Positions 39,309 to 48,640 of a DNA stretch of 64,000 bases are shown in pieces; position 1 is the first letter of the stretch, and every line of letters begins with the position of its first letter. Location of the stretch: the NCBI RefSeq assembly GCF_003704095.1, contig NW_020846013.1:62001-126000 (forward strand), given 5' to 3'. The stretch is from Pocillopora damicornis. Lineage: Eukaryota. The notes under the pieces were generated by a model, which had not been told where the DNA came from, made no database searches, and was given only the letters and a program-made list of their open reading frames with translations. The translations under genes were made by a program, and so were the position numbers.

Positions 39309-42300
39309 TTATTTAGGTGTTCCAGAGTCATCGTTTACACCTTCTCTAGTAAAGTATCTTTGAATTCCAGCACTTTTTTTCTCCTTTACAGTAACCCTCT
39401 TGGTATTCGCTGTTTCCTGGGCTGACTGTGGCCATTGAGCCTGCAACTCCTTCTGCAGCTCCAAAGGTAACTCAGCAAAAACTGCAGGGTCTATGCCGCT
39501 GGGGCAAATGATAGCTGGTTGACTCACATCCTTGGTAGCCCCATCAACGTTTATTCCCTTTGGCTGGGTATGCTGTTTAGTTATTTTAGAGCTCCTCACT
39601 GGTTTCCAGTCCTTAGTTTTGGTTGTGCCAACCTTACTTGTTCTTTGATCAGATAATTTATCTTCACAGCTCTTGGGCAAAGCTTCCCAGTCTTCTCTTT
39701 CAAAGAGATAATTTCCCTTTGATTCCAAACTATTACATGATGTGACAGATGTCAGATTTGCATGTTTGCTGCAAGACTTTTGAAAAAAGTTTGAGATTTC
39801 TTTGGCTTGACCACTAGATGGTTTGTAAAAGTTTGTTAATGAAATTCCCAGAAGACTCAGGTGAAATGGTTTATTGACATCCACAACTTTCTTAAACAAT
39901 GAGACACAAACTTCGAAGAGAAGATCTCCTGCTTTTTCCTCGTCAGCAAAACAAATTGCTTGCGGTAAAGCACTCTGACGACTCTCTCTTTTATGTGACT
40001 TTTCACCTCTTCTTCGAATGGAGACTCTCACAGTTTGAGGTAATGTAGTACTGGAAGAAATTCTTGGAAGTATTCCTTTGACAAGACCCCTGAGGCGTTT
40101 TGTTGCACCCTCTAGTGTTGAACAACATTTAAAAGAGTCCTCATCTGTTATTGTTTTAAATTCTCGAGAGGGAGTAACTTTGCTCTCATCAATCCCATTG
40201 CAGAGTTTGATCATCAGATCTGCCAGTGAATGGCCAAATTCCTTTTCTAAGACTTGACTGGGACATGAAAGTAGGTCAGTAACAGATGAAATGTTAATTG
40301 TTTGAAGTTTTTTGGCCGTGCTGTGTCCAATACCTACATAAAACAAAATAAAGTGAAATCAGGTTTACATAACTGAAACAGAAATTCGCAAATGGCATTC
40401 TTTTCTGTATAAGTTGAGATTACACAGCACAACAAGTAAAATAAATTTTAAAACTGGTAGTTGAGCAATCCTTTAACCTGCTGAATTTTCAAGAATTCCA
40501 AGAGATTTTAGTAAGAGGTACTACAGGCAGTGAATTTTACTGCTGTTATCTGCTATTTTAGAGAGATCAGTGGATTGGAGTGGTAGATTTCACAGTGTGT
40601 TACTAATTCTTTCAAAGCTCTTGTTCTTGTTCTTGTTTGGTTTTTTTATCCCTGATTGGCTCTTTTCTTGAAACACAATGATATAGAGTCAACAGTAAGG
40701 AAAATTATAGGAAAAATCGATAACTAATCATACAGCAATAAAAAATGTTAAACTAGAGGAAACATAGCTTTTTTTTTCTCGTTAGCTCTGGCCACACTGA
40801 ACAAATTAGCTCTTGTCTGTGACCAGCATCTAATTTCTCCTGACAAAATCACCTCTAAATCTCACATTAATGTCACGAGAATATAGGAAATGATCAACAT
40901 CTAAAGAAGCTCTTGATTGTTGATCAAATTCTCCTTATCAGAACCTTAGGAAATGTAAAGAGAACAGTGTGGAGAATATGCAAGTTGATTTTAGGGTGTG
41001 AAGGGTTGATTGAAAGTAAACCCAAACTCACAGGGACATGTGAGAAAGTTGCGTTCTCCACCATAAATTCATTTCAGCCTACCAAAGTTTTTCCACCTCT
41101 TAAGGCTGGCCTGCTCCATTTAACGATCAGATCATGAACTAAAAATTTCTAGCATGTGATAGTTGATGAGGGCAAAGCATGGACTCTATCGTTCCTAGAA
41201 ATTGAGACCAAATAATCTCATTGTTTGAGTATAAATTTATGAGTTGTTCAACACTTGGCAAAAAGAAAAGCTTGGATTTTCATTCCATTTTGTTTACAAC
41301 TGCACCCTGTTATTTTACACACTTTATTTGCTATCTCTTTCACACTTTGCATGCTAAGATCAGTTCTCATGTTCTCCATAATGTTCTCTATACATTTCTT
41401 TAGGTGCTAATTAGGAGAATTTGTTTAGCAATCTAAAGCCTCTTTAGTTGGTGATCATTTCCTTTATTCTCATGACCTTTATGTTTGATTCAGGGGTGAT
41501 ATTGTGAGGAGAAATAGGATTCTAGTCACTCCTAGGGGTCCAAGGGTTAACAAAAAGATTCCAGATTGCTGTTCATCTCTTCATTATGAAATCACAGTTT
41601 TCATCAAAATGTGGTAAGAACAAAAAAGTGGCAAATGGGGTGCAGTCCAGTGTGTCACTAATGTTTTTGCCACATTTTCATGTCTTCTGCTATCTGATTC
41701 CTTTTTCTTCTATAATACCTGGGATATCCTTTGCTTTCAGTCCTGACAACAAGCTCCCTGCATCCTCTGGAAGTAATGTTGTCTGTTTGTTGGGTTTTTT
41801 CCATGCACCTACAAGTTTAGCCAGGAGTTTGTTGTGAGCAATTCCTGCACAACAAGTCAGACCAACTTCTTGCAGAATTACTTGCCTGATCTCTGCTGCA
41901 ATCAGTGATCCAATTCTTAGTCTCTCGTGGCAACCACAAGGACATGCAGTAATGTCCTAGGACAGATAATAAATCCATAATTAATAGACAATCAATTGAT
42001 TAAATAAATGATTTATTATAATAAAGATTAATAAAAAAATAATCGCAGACTCATCAATTACTTGATATCACATGATAATTGTTGATCAATTAGCTAAATA
42101 TTTAATAAATATCAACAATCACAAGATTGATAAAATTGATAATATTGATTCACTGGGCTGAGAGAGCAAATTACATCAAATCAAGTCAGAATTAAGTAAG
42201 GGTTTCATTCTAACGGTAAAATTGATAATCACAAAAACCTAAGCCAAAGATTTTTATCAATTTTTGATACTGATTGATTAATTTGTATCGAGAATTATTT

Positions 42301-43146
42301 ATTACAATACGTTTTATGGAGTTTTGCAATTATCGCTTTGTAACGTCCCGTTTTAGGCGCAGATCTTCAAACACCTCACAACTTTGCTGCTCATTCTTTT
42401 CCAGAACTGGCTCTTAAGACTCGCTCAAAAAAGCTCACGATGCATGCAATGGTACAGTTTAATAGTCAAACCTTATCTTTGCAATTTTCAACCCTGCTTG
42501 CGTACAAACCCCCGACATATTCCCTCCTTCCAGACGGCAAAGCCAACTCGCGTGATTTCACAAGTTCAGTCACATCCAAAAAGTTCTCATCCATCCCTAA
42601 TCTTTCTACCAGGGGTGTGAACCTCTCTGACAGCAAGGAGTGGACCCGTCCAGAAAACTCCCTGTAATTAGTCAAATCTTCCCCGTTAACTAAAACCAGA
42701 TCAGGACATGTCTTTTTGGCATCGCTGATGTAAACAAGTTTTTTCACCCCTCTTTCCCTAGCGACATAATTGCAAGTGACCACGATATGTTTCTGTTGAA
42801 TTCCTAGGGGTACGTCTCTCAGTTCAGGTCGCCGGATCATCTCGACTTGCGCGTAAAAACAGTCGATGTCAACATGAACAATGGTTCTACTGTGACCCAA
42901 ACAAGACTCAAACTGGGTTGAATGCTTCCTTGTGGAAGACTGCCCATTTTGATGAGTTTGTGTAGAGCTAGAGTCGTCCATTCGGCGTCTTTTCGCCGGA
43001 AAAATCACAGACTGTCTGCTATGACTACTGACATGGGGTCGGGAAGAGAAGTCTTCATCGCCCTCTTCATCGTCAGTAGGTACACCTCCTTCGTAGGAAT
43101 AGTCATAAGATGACCGAAAATCTTCCCTACTTGCATTATAATCCAT
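39309..43146 (-). CDS. POLI: DNA polymerase iota (Y family), about 645 aa
   Basis: Exons 43146-42472, 41956-41719, 40333-39309. RTIVHVDIDCFYAQVEMI, GIQQKHIVVTCNY, LVNGEDLTNYRE, LGMDENFLDVT, RESRQ and the C-terminal UBM (CPSGIDPAVFAELPLELQKEL) are Pol iota-typical. An upstream exon may lie in gap 43375-43474. Confidence 0.95.
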
Positions 43147-43374
43147 CACTGCAAAGGTGCATAACCCTTGAGAAACTACCACAAGATTAAGGATGACTGG
43201 CTTTAACCTTCCCGCTCCAAGAGCACATGAAGGCTTAGACACCAAGCCTTCACCTTGATAAACTGCTTCGGGAAATCCCTTGGAAAGTTCAAGGGACGGG
43301 CTGTCCGAACACGGCGGACACACGTCAGGTATGCCCAAGCAGATCCCTTTTGGCTGTGTATTTCAGAATCAAAT

Positions 43375-43474
43375 NNNNNNNNNNNNNNNNNNNNNNNNNN
43401 NNNNNNNNNNNNNNNNNNNNNNNNNNNNNNNNNNNNNNNNNNNNNNNNNNNNNNNNNNNNNNNNNNNNNNNNNN
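43375..43474. other. Assembly gap (others at 1061-1136, 27213-27312, 30035-30134, 35676-35774, 50487-50585)
   Basis: Runs of n; several coincide with missing exons of DCTN2 and RPL27, so true sizes probably exceed the nominal 100 bp. Confidence 0.95.
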
Positions 43475-44232
43475 AAATTCCTTTTAGCTCATGACCTTTA
43501 AGTTAATTCAGGGGTGATACTGTAAGGGGAAATTCAACACCAGACACTTATGAAAGCTGGGACAAGCTAAACCTGAATGAGCCACCTAGCTAGTGAGTAA
43601 GACTTAACCAAAATGACAGAGAGGAATAAAAAAATGGTCAACAATAATTAACTGTCAAACCCTTTAACCGCTAAGAGTGACTGGCATCTAATCTCTCCTT
43701 ACCATATCTCCCCTGAATCAAACATTGAGGTCAGGAGAATAAAAGAGCTTATCACCCACTAAAGACAATCTTGATTGTTAGACAAATTCTCCCTGTCAGC
43801 ATCTTAGGAAATGTTTATAGAACAGTATGGAGAATATGCATACTGATTTTAGGGTGAAGAGGGTTAAGAGACCACGGCCCTATTGTTCAAGGGGTGGATA
43901 ATACCATCCAACAGATAAATTGCAAAAGTGGATAAGAGTTAACAAACCATAATGCACTATTCACTGCAAAGAGATTTATCCAGTGGATAGTGCTATCAAC
44001 TATCAACCCTTCAAGCAACAGAGACCAAGAGATGTGAGCAAATCACAAAACCACAAATTATTGACATCACTGATGAGCAAGTTTAGACCTCTCATGCCTA
44101 AAGAGTTTGTTTTTCTTGACAAATTCATATTCCAGGATCCTTTTTGGTAACATGGCTATCTAGGTTCCACAATCACATGGATGCGAAACAACAACAACAA
44201 AAACAAAAACAGAGTAAGGCTGGCATATCTAC

Positions 44233-45862
44233 CTTTCTTCTAATTTCACTTTGGCTTCCCTTTTGGCTTTGCGTTTCAGTGCTGGATCTCTGAACACATC
44301 TTTATTAATCACCTGCTTGTCCAGGTTTACATCGACTGAGTACCTGCAGACAAAAGAAAGGATTTCTCTATAATTATGAAATACACAGTTTTGAAATTGT
44401 TGGATAAAATTATTACCCTGGTAATTACAAAGCAGGCAATAAATTACAAGTTCACAAGAATCTCTGGACCAGTTATTAAAAAAATTTTTAACCCTAATTC
44501 ATCTAAACTATGCTCTAAACAATCTTGAGTCAAACAGAAAATACCACCTAAATAGTATGTTTTTGCAAAACTGACAAAAGGGTTAAAATTGGGCACTAAA
44601 AAATCTATTCCCTTTAAAATCCCACATATCAAGGATCTTATAAAACCCATTGATCCCAATAAACCTCAGACCAATTTAGTCCTTGTTTCAATGGCCAATC
44701 CTCTAGCTTTATCTCACCTGAAATTTTGCCATTTACCTACTCTGAAAAAGGTTATCACAAGCTGTTTGGAGTTGCAGATATGTTAAAAAAAATTGATCAA
44801 ATGAGGGGCATATCACTTTGTCTTGCTCAACCCTGAGCCTGCAATTCCTTGAAGTGATTAATTTGTTACATCCTCCTAAAATATCCACACAATATCCAGC
44901 AAACAGGTTATGAAAGTATTTGAACTTATCTGGTAGAAGTTAGCCAAATCTAACACCAAATACCTGTAGCTAATTTGCAAAGAAATGTGAAGCAGCTAAA
45001 GGGGAGAATTAACAGTCAGATCTTGGGAGTTAACCCTTTAACTCCCAGAAGTGATTAACATAAAACTTCTCCCTACAATATCGATACATTCTCCAGCAAA
45101 CAGGTAAAGAGAATATTCAAACTTATCAGGTAGAAGCTGTTATCTTGATTTAGCACCTAGTTCTCATAACTAATTCACAAGGAAATGTGTAGCAGCTACA
45201 GGGGAGAATTAACAATCAGATCTTGGGAGTTAAGGGTTAAAGGATTAACTGACAAAGATTGAAGCAGATTAAGGTCGATTATTGCTTCTTAAAACTATCT
45301 CAGGAAAAATAAAATTGACAATACAATGACAAAGATGGTTCAACATTAATTCTGGGAACTTTGCGTAACAGGCAAATTACAGTGTTGTATCAGCTGAGCA
45401 AATTTTCAATTAACCCTTTAGGCAGCTAATTTCTCACAGCAATATCACCCCTGAATCAAACATAAGGTTATCTGAATAGTGGAAATGATCGCAAACTCAA
45501 GGAGCTCTTGTTTGTTAGACAAATTCTCCTTGTGCGTACCGCAGGAAATGTATAGAGAACAGGATGTAGAACTTGCATTCTGACGCTGGAATGCAGAGGG
45601 TTAGTACTCACCTTGTGGGCATAAGATGGTTGTAGTTGTAAACTTTTACAAAAGGCTTTATTCTGGACCTCTTTGCCGTCTTCTTCTTTCCCATTTTCTT
45701 TGTAACTTTCAGTGGGTAGCGAGCAATTCCAGCCACGAGTGCATGACCGTAAGGTTTATCGCTGGTTCCATCGTCGTAATTTTTTACAATGACAGCCTTT
45801 TTGCCTGCATAACGTCCGTTTAAAACCAACACAACTTTGCCAGACTTGATGAATTTCCCCAT
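44233..45862 (-). CDS. RPL27: 60S ribosomal protein L27 (eL27), partial; last exon not visible
   Basis: Exon 45862-45612 [33 protein letters not shown]...NHLMPTR; exon 44343-44233 [14 protein letters not shown]. The terminal YKxGKNKWFF exon was not found and is presumably in gap 43375-43474. Confidence 0.95.
44829..45248 (+). mobile_element. piggyBac-like MITE family B: intact copy (45030-45240) nested in the right end of an older copy
   Basis: ttaaccctttaactcccagaagtgattaa...cagatcttgggagttaagggttaa. Related copies at 30155-30366 (-), 38305-38481 (-) and 27163-27212 (partial, cut by gap). Confidence 0.8.
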
Positions 45863-46170
45863 GACTATGGAGGAATCTGTAAAAGATGCAATCGGCAGAC
45901 TTTCAACGCAAAAACAACACAAAAAATAAAGAAAGGAGGAAATAAAGAAATAAAGAAAGAAAGAAGGTTTGGAAGGGCACGTTCAAATTGAATGTAAGTG
46001 ATGGCTGAAATCATAACAGTTTCTCGCTCTATTACTGTGTGATATTCTTGTAAGTTTAGAAGTCACGAACTGTTTGAGATTTCAAAAGAAAGTAAGTACT
46101 AAAAAACTTAAAACGATTTATTTTCGATCCCGATGGAAGCGGATTGTTGTGGAATATTCTTCACACTCAC

Positions 46171-46199
46171 CAGCAAAGATGGCGACGAAATAAGAGAGA
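46171..46199 (-). promoter_or_regulatory. RPL27 non-coding first exon with 5' TOP-like pyrimidine tract
   Basis: Minus strand reads tctctcttatttcgtcgccatctttgctg|gtgagt; acceptor tttacag lies just before the ATG exon. Typical ribosomal-protein TCT/TOP start. Confidence 0.7.
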
Positions 46200-46906
46200 T
46201 CGAATGGGTGAAATCCGCTGACTAACAACATCGCGCATGACACGACACGGAACTTGCACAGTATAATAAGAATAATGACAATAATCACTTTGATGATAAT
46301 AATAATAATAATAATAATAACAATGATGATGATAATTAATTGATGAATAGAACAGTGGACAATTTAAAAGAGAAACGAAATCAAAAGGAACTAGAATTTA
46401 ACGCGCTTTCACTTAAGCCAACATTTGATAAAATTAGTGAGAACATTGCAGGGGTAGTTTAATCAATCACCAAATGATTAACGGAAAAACACATGTGAGT
46501 CGTGTGCCACTATGATAGCAAGGATTTGAAGTAGACATCAACAAAAGATGCCCCATAAAAAGTTGTTTTTCGTCCCGTCACTGGCGTGGGACAAAGAAAA
46601 AATTCTGAGTCCCTATGAGAAATCGAACCTCATTCATTCGTTTTGTGCTCTGAGTTTCTGAAAAATGCCTTGTTATGGACGTGATTTCCATTCATTTCGG
46701 GCCTAACATTCCATCAGAGGAAATACAAGGACTTTAAATCAGGAGCAATGTTTGTTAATGCCATGGTATAAAAATTAAAAGTTCATATAGCAGTCAGTAG
46801 TTCAATAATTTTAATTCAAATTATTAAGACTTATACGATGTACATATTGAAAACTGGCGCGAACGGTGTCCATATCATTTATTTTTGCACACTTGATAGA
46901 ATATTA

Positions 46907-47043
46907 GGATCAATATCTGTATCTGGGCAACTGCCCACCTACCCCTCCCCTAACCCAACATTAACCTTAACTTGTTGTCAATTGGCTGTTGTTGAGTTAG
47001 GGGAGGGGTAGGTGGGCAGTTGCTTAGATACTGATATTGATCC
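46907..47043. mobile_element. 137-bp palindromic MITE with 8-bp target-site duplication
   Basis: ggatcaatatctgtatctgggcaactgcccacctacccctcccctaac ... gttaggggaggggtaggtgggcagttgcttagatactgatattgatcc, flanked on both sides by gaatatta. Confidence 0.9.
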
Positions 47044-47866
47044 GAATATTATATACCTTTACAGAAGATATCAAATAAATATTTATATTTTTACCATTTC
47101 TTTTTGTTATCGAGGGTAGTCTGGTACCAGGCCCTCATTATTGGCGCTGCAGAATACGCGTTTCTCCGCGCGCAGGAAGATTTGAGACAAGTCGGGAAGA
47201 GGTTTGCCGGGGAACTGGCACTAATAGTAATTAGCCAGACCCCTAGGGCTAAGAAACCCTGGTGTCATATACCATAACGCTAATAATGAGAGCCTTCTCT
47301 CATTCTATGTCAAAGGGTCTATCATGGGAGGAAAGAGTTAATGGTTTCCAGCTCCTTACACCTCCCTCTCACGATGGTAAGATCAAGGGCCTTAGGTAAC
47401 ATTTACCTCATGTCAAAAAAATTGATGGTCGAATGTAGTCTTGTACCAAGACCTTCCGCGGCTAAGTAAACATTTCATTTACAATTGCACGGTAGGATCT
47501 GGGTAAGAGATTAGGTCGAAAATTATCCGGGATGGCTTTGGTTTTGCTTTACTTCGATCTGTGATTGGCATAGAAAGTTTGCGCCATCCTCACAGCCAAT
47601 CGCATGAAAAACTTAAACCCACTATGACTTTTTCAGTCGTGTTTTCCCGCGCTTCAAACAGTTTTCTTGCACATTGAGCTCTCATTGGCTAATGATGGTA
47701 TGAACCTCTTCTCTGATTGGCTGATGTGATTCTGACTTGGCTTTTGGTTTTTTCCGACCATCAATTGGAAACTGATCTAAAACAACTTAGCTCGCTCCAA
47801 ATGCATCAGACGCAATACAATCTTGCAAAATGAAATCAATATACATAATGTAAAGAGTTAAACGTC

Positions 47867-48640
47867 TTAAAAACGTTTTCTTAAAACGCGGTTAAAAGTG
47901 CGATGCTTTCGAGTTTCATCAGTTTCTAGGCACACTCCAGTTCGTCTCCCTCGACGCAGATTTGGTTCTTCACAAACCTCTATGCGACTTAACCCTTTAA
48001 CTTCCATGAGTGACCAAGAAAAACAAGGTAGGGGAGTCGAGATGATTTCTCCCTGTTGCTTCAAGATTAGTGCTGTTTCTCCTCCACAAAATCCCATTCT
48101 TCTTTGCCGTGTTTGGCCCAAGAACGCCTCAACGGTTCTGCTGCTGGTGCTCATTTTTTTTCTGTCTTGAATTTGGTTGTAGGAATATCCTTTAGTGCTG
48201 GCTTGGTAAAGCGAACTACAGCATTCTTGGTTGTTGCCCAGGTTTCGTAAGTTACTTGACTGGTAATGCCAAATTCCATTTGGATTACCCCTTTCCTTGT
48301 TATGTGGCATCCTCTCAATCATGTTTTGCCCTTCAACTTCTTGTAGACCATATTTACACTTGGCTGGGCTCATTTCGTCATGTCTGCAGGTCCTACCAAC
48401 TTGGATATCATCGTCTCTCAAACAGCCCACAGGGCTGTGAAGCTGGCCTATTTGAGAGTCACTGGGATTTTCATGGTCATCTTCTTCCAGACCACTGAAT
48501 CTGTATTTCTCCTCTATCGAGCTTTTATCGTATCCCACTGATTCTCTATCAGTGACATAGCGAGAGGTCGCTTCTTCCTCACAGCACGACGAAAAAATCT
48601 GAACTTTATCGGAAGGCTGAATTGCCTGAATTTCAAACAT
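47867..48640 (-). CDS. Intronless orphan ORF, 257 aa, with two RRxG-hydrophobic-C motifs near the C-terminus
   Basis: 774-bp ATG-initiated open frame in AT-rich DNA; no known domain recognised. Confidence 0.6.
   Translation of the reverse strand: MFEIQAIQPSDKVQIFSSCCEEEATSRYVTDRESVGYDKSSIEEKYRFSGLEEDDHENPSDSQIGQLHSPVGCLRDDDIQVGRTCRHDEMSPAKCKYGLQEVEGQNMIERMPHNKERGNPNGIWHYQSSNLRNLGNNQECCSSLYQASTKGYSYNQIQDRKKMSTSSRTVEAFLGQTRQRRMGFCGGETALILKQQGEIISTPLPCFSWSLMEVKGLSRIEVCEEPNLRRGRRTGVCLETDETRKHRTFNRVLRKRF

Noticed and set aside
43147-43338. 64-aa N-terminal extension of POLI in the ORF track
   Set aside because: It starts at TTG, shows no similarity to Pol iota, and a splice acceptor lies just before ATG 43146. 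It is kept only as a remark in the structured-element finding.
43200-43352. Identification of the structured element as U11/U1 snRNA, telomerase RNA, RNase P/MRP, group I intron or hammerhead
   Set aside because: Resemblances are only superficial: no Sm site after the junction, no template or H/ACA box, no CR-V, no R/S elements and no CUGANGA/GAAA core.
45030-45050. Telomere-like taaccc runs
   Set aside because: They are MITE termini (TTAA+CCC), not (TTAGGG)n arrays.
44233-45862. RPL27 as a truncated pseudogene
   Set aside because: Exons, splice sites and the TOP exon are intact; the missing last exon coincides with an assembly gap.
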